A stretch of DNA of 64,000 bases, from NCBI GenBank assembly GCA_965112155.1, contig OZ218104.1. One strand, given 5' to 3'. The notes below the pieces were generated by a model. That model was not told the DNA's origin and made no database searches. It saw only the letters and a list, made by a program, of their open reading frames with translations. Position numbers and translations under genes: made by a program. Position 1 is the stretch's first letter. Every line of letters begins with the position of its first letter. This stretch comes from Podarcis liolepis. Its lineage: Eukaryota. Positions 24,914 through 37,464 of the stretch are shown here, piece after piece.

Positions 24914-25425
24914 CAGTGGTTCTCAAAGGGTGCCGTATGTCACATTGGTGGGGCAGGAAGAATCAAGGACAATCAAGGAAACATTTAAACATTTCAGTGT
25001 AGCATAGTGTAGCATAAGATAGCATAGTATCAAAAGGGGAAAAAATTATTTGCAGAATATGGATAGGTACCTTTGCAAAATGAGAGCAAGAACATCAAGT
25101 GATACTGAGGACAATCCTAGTTGTGATCCAGAACTGCCGTTCAAACAGAGTGCTGGAGAAGACTCGTTTAATTCAACACCAGTAGCAGGCCCAAGCAAAC
25201 CTCCCCAAAACAAAGTTGGTCGGCAATATGTGGAGAGCTATCTGAGTCTCAGTTTCACATGAAAATGTCCCTCAGCCTATGAGTTTGATCTGTGGTGAGA
25301 AGCTTTCCAATTCCAATATGGCCTCAAACAATATAAAAAGACACCTGTTGTTAAAACATGGAAATCTGGCAAATATTCCATCAATAGTTTGAAAGGCCTT
25401 TGGAACAGAAGAAATGCCAACGACC

Positions 25426-25462
<37 letters not shown>

Positions 25463-26150
25463 AAATGAGTAAAAGTCTCAGATAAGATGTAAATTATACC
25501 TTACCAAGTGGCTGACTTGATTGCTCAACAGACAAAACTACATAACAGTAATAGCTGAAAAATTGATTAAGCTTGCCTGCAGCTTGATTGTGGAAAAAAT
25601 TGTTTGGTGATGATGCTGAATGACAAGTTATGGAAATTCCTTTTGTCTGACGAGACAATTTGCAGAAGAATAGTTGATATGTCAGATAATATTGAGAACT
25701 GTGTTTCCAAAAGTATGAGGAATGCTGAATTTGCCATTCAAGTTTATGAATCTACTGGCATAATTGGAAAAGCACAATTGCTTGCCTCTGTCAGATTCAT
25801 TCACAATGATGAAATAATTACACAGTTCCTGCTTTGCAACGAGCTAGCAAAACATACCAGAGGACAATATATTTTCCAACCCTTGTCTGAGTATTTGGGG
25901 GAAAGAAAAAAAAGATTTAATGGGATTCTTGTACTGGAATTTGTATGGATGGAGCATAGTGTGTGAAAGGGAATGTGAGAGGCTTGGTGGTACTTGTCAA
26001 ACAGAAAAATCCAGATGTAATATCAATTCACTGGGTTGTTTTTTTACACAGAGGCATTAATCACCAAGACCTTTCTAGGTGATTTGAAGTTGGTTCTAGA
26101 TCAGGCTACGCACATTCTGAATTCCATCAAAGCAAAACCACTAAAAAAAG
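24914..26150 (+). mobile_element. hAT Charlie/Buster-family transposon relic with disrupted transposase
   Basis: Left TIR CAGTGGTTCTCAAA. ORF fragments RQYVESYLSLSFT and LSDETICRRIVDMSDNIE...FAIQVYESTGIIGKAQLLASVRFI...FLLC are typical of ZBED5/Buster-type transposases. Contains frameshifts, stops and a (TTA)n run; no right TIR seen. Confidence 0.88.
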
Positions 26151-26737
26151 ATAGTATGTAGCCAGCTTCGTGTGCTTCTTCTTAATTGTTGTTAGATCCT
26201 GATAAATAAGCTAAAAATGAGGAAGTAAAATTGGCTTAGGAAAACTGATCCTGCCTGGGGCTTTGCCTATCCTTTCCCTTTCCCTTTCTGGTATCTATGA
26301 CAACTAGTGGGCCTGTTTCTTAAGCTGTTGCATCTGCAGCCTAGCATCTGACAAGCACCTTAATGAACAGAAAGGGCACCCTCTGACAGAGCATGCAAGT
26401 TCCTGTTGCTCCAACATCAGACCCTTGGCAAAGCAGTCCCTTTAACAATAACACCAGCAACATCTGGGTCATGTGCAGACAAAACCCCACAGTTTCCTAA
26501 CTATGTTTGGAAACCCTGTTCCAATCTGGTTTACAGCAAACTATGGCTAACCTAAACATTGGTGCATACCGAGAGTAAACCACAGTTAGTTCCCAAAACT
26601 GAAAGGGATGGAAAGGGGAGGAGACCACAGACGCATGCAGGCAGCGTTTTTCCAGCCTCAGCATAGTGGGGGAAAGTACACCGGAGAATACAAACTCACT
26701 CTGAAATAAATGGCTTAATAAGAGAACAAACTGATTA

Positions 26738-26974
<237 letters not shown>

Positions 26975-27365
26975 TCACAGAATCTTAAGACAGTAGTTTA
27001 GCAGATCTGTTGCTGAATCTCAGAAGGCTCTTTTATGGTCACCTGGCCCACCCTTTGCCATCAGGGTTCCTTTCAGATATTTTGGATGCTGGACCTGACA
27101 AGAATTATAGTCCAAAACGCCTGAGGGGCACTAGGCTGGCCAAGGGTGGCTTAGTCCAACCTCAAACTCCAAGACAGGAGCTGACAGAAATAGAGTTCAC
27201 AATGCACAGTAAACTGTGTATAGCACACTCCCCCATTTAACCAACACTATCTTTGTTATGGTGAGTTCATTATTAGGGTAACCCCAAAGATTAACCCAAA
27301 TTTCCCACAAGGGGAAGGCTGCCCATTACCCACAAAATTATGATTATTATTTTTAGTAGTAGTAT

Positions 27366-27563
27366 GCTGTGGCCGGAAGGTAAGTGGCATTTCCGTGCGC
27401 TGCTCTGGTTTCGCCAGAAGCAGCTTAGTCATGCTGGCCACATGACCCAGAAGCTGTCTGTGGACAAACGCCGGCTCCCTCGGCCAGTAAAGCAAGATGA
27501 GCACCGCAACCCCAGAGTTGTCCACAACTGGACTTAATGGTCAGGGGTCCCTTAGCTTTACCT
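27366..27563 (+). mobile_element. Sauria SINE (5'-truncated)
   Basis: gcttagtcatgctggccacatgacccagaagctgtctgtggacaaacgccggctccctcggcc...ggacttaatggtcagggg plus an (ACCTTT)-like tail. Confidence 0.85.
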
Positions 27564-27569
27564 AGTAGT

Positions 27570-28085
27570 GGTAGTAAGATCACAGGGCAATTCACGATAT
27601 AAAAATACAAATTAAAACCATAAAATAGTATAATAAAACAAAAATAAAACAATACCCCCCTTCCACAGATACATTTAAAACACCACAGAATATTAATCAG
27701 CCAAATGCCTGGTTGAAGATAAATGTTTTTGCCTGGCGCCTAAAGATATGTAATGAAGGTGCCAGGAGAGCCTTCCTGGGGAAAGCATTCCACAAATGGA
27801 GAGCCACTGCAGAAAAGGCCTGCCACCCTCCAGACCTCTCGTGAGAGAGCCACCCAAAGAAGAGCCTCAGCTGATGATCACAGTGTCTGGGTCAATTCAT
27901 ATGGAGAGAGGTGGTCCTTGAGGTATTGAGGTCCTGAGCTGTTTAAGGCTTTATAGGTAAAAACCAGCACTTTGAATTAGGCCCGGAAACTAACTGGCAG
28001 CTGGTGCAGTTGGGTCAGGATCAGCACAATATGTTCAAACTGTCACATCCCAGTGAGCAACCTGGCCGCCGAATTCTGCACCACG
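27570..28085 (-). mobile_element. L2 LINE 3' fragment
   Basis: Similar to the L2 at 45837-46804 (gctttataggtaaaaaccagcactttgaat; aaaaggccc). Confidence 0.8.
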
Positions 28086-29079
28086 GCCACGACCCAGACA
28101 GCCCCAAAGTATTCACTTTTGTAAAAGCACACCCTCAAAGAATCTGTCATCCTCTCCTGTCAGTCGCGCTGTTGCAAAGCGTGCTTTGAATCCTAAAAAG
28201 AGCCCTCTTCTCAGACTACACTGCCTTCCTTGCAGAAGGAATCCCTCTAGCTCCTTCTCTTTCCCCTCCTAATTTGTTTGCATCTCTCAGGAACCACAAA
28301 GGTCCCACCAGAATCGCTAGAGTTTGGGTGTGATTTTTCCACTCGGGTAGTTTGGGGACAGGCAGCTGCCTGCCTCCCTGCATGGCCCAGATCGGAAAAG
28401 GCTCTTTTTGATGTTGCGCTGGTCTCCCACTTCATGTATAATTTTCTTTCCACTATCGCTCCTAAATCTGGTGTTTCCAGTTCCTTCTAATTTAGTAATC
28501 ATCTGCAGATTTCATTAGTGTGCCATCTACTCTCTTCTGGATTAATTACAGAGATAGCTGAAGTTGCTGGAGCTCACACAATTCCCTGCTGAACGCCAAC
28601 GGAAGGTCCCACCCTTCTCTGGAACCCACCATTTGCGGCTGGTCACTCCCTGTCTTGTTTACAGATTCACCACCCCAGAACCAAGGCAGGTGACACATAC
28701 ATGGAATTGTTTGGCATTTGAATTAATTAGGTACTTGTCCAATATGTATTTGCAAATCCCAGTGCACAGTCTGTTTCTCTCCTGCTCCCCTTCCCTCTCC
28801 TCACCACCACAACCACTAAGCCACAGCTATTATGAAACGGTATCAAATAAAACAACTCAGGTAAGGAATAAAGGTAGTGACTATTTTGTGCCTAATTGAT
28901 GTGTGACCGTAAATGCATAGGTACTTTTGGACCTGGAAGAGGGCAGAATGGGGCGGGTTTATGTGCATGGTAGCCAGGGGTGGAACCTGCACAGAAAATG
29001 TTTGCCGTCTGTATAGAATGTCAGGCACAGTCACATGCTACATGGAACACAGTTATGAGTTTGCCCAGCTCAGAATTGT

Positions 29080-29196
29080 GGTTCTCCAGAGTCCCAGATG
29101 AGATTCTCTCCCAGCCCTACCTGAAGATGTCGGGGACTGAACCTGGGAGGTTCTGCATACAAAGCAGTTGCTCTGCCACTGAGCTACAGCCCTTCC
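29080..29196 (-). mobile_element. Short tRNA-derived SINE (Squam3-like)
   Basis: Reverse strand reads gaagggctgtagctcagtggcagagc...cccaggttcagtcccc. Confidence 0.7.
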
Positions 29197-29537
29197 GCAG
29201 CTCGGTGGCAATTTCTCCTCTTACACAAGCCAGGGTCAGCAATTGCTATGGCCCTCTGGAACGTGGGCAGCTCCACACTCGGCAAGGCAGCCTTCCGTCA
29301 CAACAGCTTGTGTGGATGGCTTGCCCGTGACTTGCATTCACAACCCCGGGAACGTTGGAGTTCCCAGCATTCCCAGGTTTCAAGACGAGGATTATGTCAC
29401 TTGATGTGCTGCCTATGGAGAATGTTTCTGGAGCCATCCTTATTTTCTCAAGATCATTTGCTTTCTGTCTGATTCTCAGCTCAGGGGAAGCCCTTAGGCC
29501 ATAGGTCTATTGCTCTGCTGACTTGGGATGACATTGT

Positions 29538-29599
29538 CAAAACAAAACAAAACAAAACAAAACAAAACAAAACAAAACAAAACAAAACAAAACAAAACA
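29538..29599. repeat. (CAAAA)n microsatellite
   Basis: About 12 perfect pentamer units. Confidence 0.95.
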
Positions 29600-29731
29600 G
29601 CATTATTTTTTAGGTAAAGAACTTAACCAACAAATGATCTTCACATTCAGAAATATCCGAGAAGTACTTTGCATCCCCAAAGATTCTTCTCTGTTGTTTT
29701 AGCAACCTGAAGATTGAACTCCAGCTTAGAT

Positions 29732-30072
29732 CAGTGGTTCTCAAAGAGTGTGGCAAGAGAGGATGGCAAGTGTGGAGGGAAGATTCAAAGACAATCAAAG
29801 AAACATTTAAACATTTCAGTGTGGAACCTCATACCTTGCACTGAATTTCTATACATATGTAAAGGTATGTATGTCAGAGGCTCGTTTATAATTATATTTT
29901 GAGAGTGATTCATGTCCATTGTTTTCTGCTTTCTATGTTATAAATCAAGCAACTACTATGAGTTGCTGCTTTTTGTTTTCCAATGTATTTCTTACCAATA
30001 AAAATAAGGTGTGGTGCAAATAACTCTTTATTCTGAAAGTGTAGCCCAGAGAAAAAAGTTTGAGAACCACTG
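29732..30072 (+). mobile_element. Non-autonomous Charlie-family hAT element
   Basis: TIRs CAGTGGTTCTCAAA / TTTGAGAACCACTG; TSD gcttagat / ccttagat. The 5' end shares acaatcaa.gaaacatttaaacatttcagtgt with the 24914 element. Confidence 0.88.
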
Positions 30073-30732
30073 CCTTAGATCTTGGAAGTCAGGAAAGGGT
30101 TAACTGCATCTGGGCACTATGTGCATGACTGGAACTGGAATTCCACTGACTTTTTCTTCCTTTTGGTTAAAACTGGAATCAATTAGTGGGGGATACACTG
30201 ATAAGACTTGTGCTCAATCTTGTACTGAATTAATTGAGCAATGCTGTAGCTTTCAAGAACATTTACAGTAGTGATGAAAGTAGATTAGATGTTTGCTGGG
30301 ACTCCCATAAAGTTACGGCTTTAATTATGAATGTGGGCGAGCTGTTTTGCTGGTGTTCTGTGCCTGCCCTTTCCTGCCTCCTTTTGCCATGCACCTCCAG
30401 ATGTTTCCTTCCTCCTGATTTTTCTTCAAGGCAACCTACCGACTGACTGCACACAGTCTGAAATGGGGCAAGGCCAGTGTTTTTTTTTCTGGGAAGAAAG
30501 GTGGGGGAAACTCACCATCAAGTTTGCTTTTTTATTGCGGGCCCAGTCGCAGTGCCGCTCCCCATCTGCTGGGCAGTGGCTAAATGTAAAATGGGATTAA
30601 TAAACTCAAGCAGACAATGATCTGGATTAGAAATGGCCACAACTTTACGACTATAGGTGGATTTTTTGCTCAGACACTGGGTTTATATCTGTTCTAGCTC
30701 CCCAGACAAAATTATTATTATTATTATTATTA

Positions 30733-31068
30733 CAGTGGTGCCTCGCAAGACGAAAAGAATCCGTTCTGTGATTCTCTTCGTCTAGCGGTTTTTTCGTCTT
30801 GCGAAGCAAGCCCATTGACAGATTAGCGGATTAGCGCTATTAGCGGCTTTTAGTGGCTTATCTGCTGATCGGATCAGCTGATAAGCAGCTTAGCGGCTTA
30901 GAAAAAGGGGGGGAAAGAAAAAAAAACCAGCAGGAACTCGCAAGACATTGTCGTCTTGCGAAGCAAGCCCATAGGAAATTCGTTTTGCGAAGCACCTCCA
31001 AAACGGAAAACTCTTTCGTCTAGTGAGTTTTCCGTCTTGCGAGGCATTCGTCTTGCGGGGCACCACTG
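30733..31068. mobile_element. Tigger/pogo-like MITE (third family, CpG-rich) inserted in a (TTA)n tract
   Basis: TIR CAGTGGTGCCTCGCAAGACGAA / TTCGTCTTGCGGGGCACCACTG with TA TSD. Confidence 0.9.
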
Positions 31069-32009
31069 TATTATTATTTAATTAAAAAGGGTAAAGGAAC
31101 TCAGTTCTGTCGAACTCCTGTCCCCCAAAAACCATGGCCAAGGACACTCAGGAGGTGAGAAGCTTTACCTTCTGCAAGGTCTAATGGCTGAAAGCTTTCC
31201 AGTCAAGTCATTATTGGGTGGACAGGAAACTTATTTTTTTACTTAGTTATTTTCTTACGTTTTCTTACACTTTCCTACCTTTCTTCCAGCATGGACCCCA
31301 GGGGGCTCTCAGGCAGTCTCCCACCCAGGCACTGACCAGATCCAGACCTGCTTAGCTTCAGCAAGGTGATGGCCTCTTGTGCCTTCAGACCAAACACCCA
31401 ATAACCAAACAGGGCAAACTGGAAGTTCACCCCTGTGGGCATTGTATCATCTTTAGTGGCGATTCCTTCAAGAAAGGGGGTTGGATTAGATGACTCCTTG
31501 AGTCCTTTCCAACTCTACGATTCTATGAATTCGGTTTCACTGCAAAAAATCCTCAACCGTATGCTGAAGAACCGAGTAAAACAAAAGTATTCTGTCTACT
31601 TATTTCTAAATTATTATTATTTTTAGTCCTGCCTTTTAGGGCCGAGCTCTCACCAGGCGACTTTCAAAGTAAATTAGGATTAAGAACATTGCAATCAAAA
31701 TAATCTCAAAACACAGAAGAACCAGAAGAAGAAGAAAAATCAAGCCAAAGCTTGGCAGTGGAACAAGAATGTTAGGGTTGATCGAAACACAACCTAAGTA
31801 GAAATGAAGCCCACCCCAAAGATGGAAGGGGAACTCTAACGATACAGCACCACCACTGAGAATGCCCTGCCCCAGATCCCTGCTAACTCAGTATTACAGC
31901 CACGGATGCCCAGAAATTCCATGCAGGTGAGCTCAATCATCCTCACTTCAACCCCCATATCTGTGATCAGTTATTTCCAAAAACCTTTAACGATCCTGAG
32001 TTACAAGTT

Positions 32010-32390
32010 AGTAGGCGTAGATAGCCCTTTCCTCCATGAATTTGCTTCATCCTCTTAAACCCATCCAAGCTGGTGTCTATTAATGCCTCCTGTGGGAGTG
32101 AGTTCCATAGTTTAACTGTGCACTGAGTGGAAAAAAAGAACTTTTCCTGTCCTGAATCTTCCAATCTTCAGCTTCAATACACGCCCTCTGCAGGGGGGGG
32201 GGGAATCTATATCCACTTTCTCCATTCCATGTCTAATTTTACAAACTTCTTACTTGCCTTCTCTGTAAACCAAACAGAAACATTTCCTCATGGGGCAAGT
32301 TGCCCCACCCACTTGATCATGTTGGTTGCCCCTTTTTTCAACCTTTTCCAGTCCTACAGTATCTGCTTGGAAGTGAGGTGACCAGAAGCT
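32010..32390 (-). mobile_element. CR1-type LINE fragment
   Basis: Minus-strand peptide FFSTQCTVKLWNSLPQEAL..SLDGFK is the CR1 ORF2 C-terminus. Confidence 0.75.
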
Positions 32391-33355
32391 AATTCCAAAT
32401 AACTCACCCACCCTGTGTCCCCAATGACATATATATGAACACCATTACAATAAGAAACTAGGAGAAACCTATCAAGCATCAGCAACAAGTGAGCATGGCA
32501 ATCTGGATGTGAGGCTCTTCCTAGTTGGCATGGGAGGTGTTAGGCAGTGAGTCACATTGTGTAAGAGTAAAGAGTTACTGCAAACACACAAGGGCACCTG
32601 TTTTCGTCACCTGCGACGTACTAGAGTCGATGCACTTCCCACAAACCCTTCCCCATCATCAGCAAACACAGCAGCTTTGTTTGTGCCTGCACTGCACTGT
32701 GCCAGGTGAGAGGCAGGATTCCTGCACCGAGAAAAGGAGGTGCCACAGATTCTTCTGGTCTAGCCTTCTCTTTGAAATGTTGTGTGTTCCTTGTGTGGAG
32801 ATTTGCTTCTTTCTTTTGCTATGAAAGGGCACTGTGTCCCGTGAGCCCCCACCTGATAGCACAGGGAATGCATGGGGAATGTTTTCCAAATTGATGGATG
32901 ACACAAACTGCCCAGGGTATCCAATACCATTGAAAGAAAGCTTCTCCACCCACTTGAGGCCCGCCTATCATAAATGTTGAGGAAGAGGCAGTTTCAAAAT
33001 GGTGGCAGGTGGAGGTAGCGTTGGGCACAATCAGCTGTCACTGACTGACATCATTTCATTTGGTATCCTATCCACCTTTGGAAATCGTTAAATCATACTT
33101 TTCCCTTCCTGGCTCCACACGTCTCTCCAAAGTATTTCCCCCCATTGCCTGTAATTTCTTCTCCCCTTCTCCTTTTCACACTCAACAGACAACCTATTCC
33201 CTTATGAAAGAAATTTATTAAACTTCTTTCATCCCTCCTTCTTTTACATCCACTTCTTTCTCCTACAACAGCATTCTTCTTTTATCCCCTTCCTTCTTCC
33301 TCTTCCCAATTTGTTTATTATATTTTTTAATATCAGCTTATTATTACTACATAGT

Positions 33356-33469
33356 GTTGTTGTTTTTGTTGTTGGTCGTTTAGTTGTGTCCGACTCTTTG
33401 TGACCCCATGGACCAGAGCACGCCAGGCACTCCTGTCTTCCACTGCGGCCCACAGTTTGGTCAAACTCA
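33356..33469 (-). mobile_element. RTE-BovB 3' end (severely 5'-truncated)
   Basis: Reverse strand reads ggcgtgctctggtccatggggtcacaaagagtcggacacaactaaacgac(caa)n; TSD actacatagt / attacatagt. Confidence 0.85.
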
Positions 33470-33879
33470 ATTACATAGTATTAGTAATTATTAAATAATA
33501 TCCTTCTGGCTCACTTTGTCATTTTCTTCAATACATCCTCCAGCCCTTTCTCCTGAGGAAGGCCTTCTTTCCCTTCTCATCCCCTGCTTCCCGAAATATT
33601 TATGTTTCTCCTGGCCACCTCTGCTCAGCATACAAGGCGATGCCTCTCCTGGAACTGGTCCCATCTGGTGCAGCTAAAGGGCAGGAAAGTGAGGAGCAGG
33701 CCTTGGGCAGGCAGGAGCACTGAGGCCCAACTGAAGGTGGCCCAAAGCCCAATGGTGGGTCCTGGCTGCTATAATAATGACGATGATGATAATAGTAGTA
33801 GTAGTAATAATAATAATAATATATTTATACCCTGCCCACCTGGCTGGGTTTCCCCAGCCACTCTGGACGGCTCCCAACT

Positions 33880-35090
33880 AAAGGCAGAATTTGACAAATA
33901 TATGGAGGAGAAGGTTATCAATGGCTTTCAGCCACAATTGTTATGCTCTGCCTCCATGGCTGGAAGCAGCAATGCTTCTGAATACCAGTTGCTGGAAATG
34001 GCAGGAGGGCCCTTGTGCTTGAAACCTCCTTGCGGTTGATGAAACGGTGAAATCTGCTATGATTAAATAGGCACAAGATGTTGGACATAACATAATGATG
34101 GCTGACTGGGAACGGTTATGGACCACAGGTATGAAGTTTACGGCATGCAATGCCTTAAGAGAGAACATTATGAAAATGATATACAGGTGGTACATGATCC
34201 CAGTCAAGCTTGCAAAAATCTATCATTTGCCCGATAATAAATGTTGGAAATGTAAAGAAATTGAAGGTAAATTCTTTCACCTTTGGTGGATGTACCCAAT
34301 GATTAAGGCTTTCTGGGAGATGATCTATAATGAAATGAAAAAGGTATTCAAATATACATTCTTGAAGAAACCAGAGGCCTTTCTCCTGGGCATAGTCAGC
34401 CAATTGGTGCCAAAGAAGGATAGAATTTTCTTTATGTATGCCACAACAGCAGCAAGAATACTTATCGCAAAATATTGGAAGACACAAGATTTACCCACTG
34501 GAAGAATGGCAGATGAAGGTGATGGACTATATGGAACTGGCGGAAATGACTGGCAGAATCCGAGACCAGGGAGAAGAGTCGGTGGAAGAAGATTGGAAGA
34601 AATTTTAAAACTACTTACAGAAATACTGCAAAATTAATGAATGTTAGAATGATGTTGGATTGAAGTTAAGTGGTTTTTAGCAGCAATGTTATAAAGGAAT
34701 ATGTAAAAATGGATTGTTAATAGGTGATAATTTAAAGTTATAATATATTAAGATAAAAGGTTAAGATAAAATCAAAGAGGGAAAGGAATTGCTGAATTAA
34801 CTAATTGAACTGGAATACAAAAAAGGGAGGTGTGAGGAGGGAAACAAGCAAATGAAAGATAAGATATGGAAAGACTGATTTGTTTTTAACTGTTTTTATT
34901 TTGTATTTTCATTTTCAGTTTTTTTCTTTTCTTTTACTTTTTTCTCTTATTTTTGTAATATGCTGAAATTTTAATAAATATCTTTTTTTAAAAAAAGAAA
35001 CCTCCTTGAGGTTTCCCATGGGCATCTAGGCGGACACTGCAAGAATAGGATGCTGGACTAGATAGCCCCTTTGCCTGATCCAGCAGCCTT
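33880..35090 (+). mobile_element. CR1-type 3' fragment split by the L1 insertion
   Basis: gacaaatatatggaggag...gaataccagttgctgg (33880-34037) continues as tcccatgggcatct...gcctgatccagcag (35013-35090). Confidence 0.75.
34038..34996 (+). mobile_element. L1 LINE, 5'-truncated (ORF2 zinc-knuckle C-terminus, 3'UTR, A-tail)
   Basis: KMIYRWY...KCWKC...FFHLWW.YP.IKAFW motif; AATAAA and an A-rich tail; 17-bp TSD gaaacctccttg(c/a)ggtt at 34021-34037 and 34997-35013. Confidence 0.92.
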
Positions 35091-37317
35091 GTCTTGCTCT
35101 GCAGGGCAGGACTGCCAGTAGACAGAAATTTGAGAGAAGTGAATTTTGGTGAAACGTCAATGCTATGGTAAGAGCTGTTTAGGAGTGGAACAGATTTGCC
35201 TTCAGTGGTGGCCAGCATCCTTTCACTGAAGGTATTCTGGCAAGCATTGGTGAGAGATGCTGTGGTTGTATCTTGCATTGCAGATTCTGCAGTCACCCCT
35301 GGAACCCCTTATTTCTTCCTGTCCTCCTGAATATCTGAAGACAAAAGAGAGCCACGGTTGAACTTTCACCACTAATCATGGGTTTTTATAACAAAATAAA
35401 CTGGCAGGATCCATCAGGGACTTCTCTTCTTTCTCATATTGCCTCAGTTGCCAATCAGGTTTGTGCTTCTCCATAGAGAGGTCATCCAAAAAAATGTGAC
35501 CAATAATTACAGCTGAAGTTGAGTTAACGAACATATGGGGAAATGTTGTATGTTCCCATTCAGTAGATTGGCTGGGCACGCTCCTTTTGGTGTTTAAATA
35601 TACACCTTTGGCCAAATTCCATCCAGGATATAAAACGGCAAACATAATAAGCAACCATTATGAAAAGTGGAAGCAGTTTGCAAATGACTAGAACAGAGGA
35701 CAAAGTATTCCCTTTCTTAATATGCACTTCTTGAGTGGGATGATTGAAGAGGCAAAGTATTTTGGATACAAAATTGCAAGTTATTTGATGGGTTTAAATT
35801 CTGCCACAAACAATGGACTTTATTATTTATGGCAAACATTTTGTCTATGTAAACTAGGTTGCAGATTGTTGGAATATACGATAACGCTTGCAACTGCGTT
35901 AGTAGCCAGCAGAATATAGATTTAAAATCAAATCCAGACAGCCTCAGCTGCCAAAAAAGCAACTTACTGTAGCTATAGAGTGTAAGATTTAGGAAAACCA
36001 CATGTGGCCGTGTGGAATTGTATGCCTTCAATGCTATGGAGATAGGAAGTAGGAAAAGGGAATCTTTACATGACTGTTTGATCTGAAAGGGTTGGATTGA
36101 TACGGCCCCTGTTCTCTAACTAGCAATGGGTAAAACACGCACAATAAACCCTATTTCCTGAAGCTCAATTTACCTGATCGTGGCTATATAAGGTTAGGAT
36201 TATCAGGGAGGAACTCAGGGCTGAATTTATGCAGCAACTGGCCAAGAACAGAGTAGAATCCAATATCCAAAGAACTCTTGTTTTTGATGTTAAAATCCAA
36301 AGTCTTAAGCCCTTACAGTTGTGAAGGTGTTAATTTAAAATGTGGGGTCAATGCCTGCTTGGAACCTTGGAGCCAGAGATGGGCCTGAAAAAGATTTCTA
36401 GTGACTGGGGGCAAAAATTCATGGCCCAGCCCCCAGGGCCCTGCCGGACTAACAAATTGGGGATAAATTAAGTAGACAATAACTGCAGAGCAATTATGCC
36501 AAACTGAGAGAGATTGCACACACGTCTTCAACGTGACTTGCCAGTGCGCAAAGGTTTTAATTTTATATTGTTTATTTTGGGAATTTATATCCCACTCATT
36601 ACAATGTGATCTCAGCAGTTGTGTGAATGGCCATATTAACAGCACCATGCAACGAAAGTCAGAGAGGTGAAGTTTTATTACTTGATAAGTGTCTCTGGAA
36701 GCTGATCTGCATTTGGGGCAGGCCTTACTCAAAAGTAATGCAAACTATTTTTATGCTGAAGCAGTCAGCTGGTGACTGTTTTTAAGGGTGCTGAGAAATG
36801 AATCAGTGTGTGCTCAGACAGGTATATACCCCCCCCCCCGAATCTGATATAGCCCTGAGGCTGTTGTGTCACACCTCTAAAGTCATGCTATATTGAGGGT
36901 GGAAAAATATTTTGTGCTGGCTGTGCAGTTGCACCACTTCGACATTTATGGCTACCAATGGCTACTAGCCTCCACAGTTGAAGGCAGGGATGCTTCAGAA
37001 TATCAGCTGCTGGAAATTGCAGGAGGAGACAGTGCCCTTGTGAAACATGGATGCTGGATGAGATCGCCTATTGGCCTGATCCAGCAGGCTTTTCTTAGGT
37101 TCTTTTATCTACACCAGAATTATAACAAGAAAATCCCTTGAGGACATCACAGTTTTACTTGCCAGACAAAGCGGAGGACAAATATTATCTTTGCATTCCT
37201 AAACTCCAGCAGCACCTCTGTGGGGGGTTGGGTGGCTGGAAATGTTTCAGCTCTCCCTGATATGTCAGGAAAAGGCAACCCTAAACCCCCATTCCTTTCT
37301 GGTCCTCCCCTCGTGCC

Positions 37318-37464
37318 CAGTGGCGTAGCGTGGGTTGTCAGCACCCGGGGCAAGGCAAGTAATTTGCGCCCCCTAACCCGTGGATTTGCGCCCACTAACC
37401 CTAACCCCCAGATGTTGCGCCCGGTGCGGCCGGCCCCCCCTGCACCCCCCACGCTACGCCACTG
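37318..37464. mobile_element. GC-rich hAT MITE
   Basis: Perfect 17-bp TIR CAGTGGCGTAGCGTGGG; 8-bp TSD ctcgtgcc / cttgtgcc. Confidence 0.9.

Noticed and set aside
25050-25966. Domesticated ZBED5/Buster-like host gene
   Set aside because: Multiple stops and frameshifts, a microsatellite insertion, the catalytic DES motif altered to YES, and a retained TIR indicate a decayed transposon.
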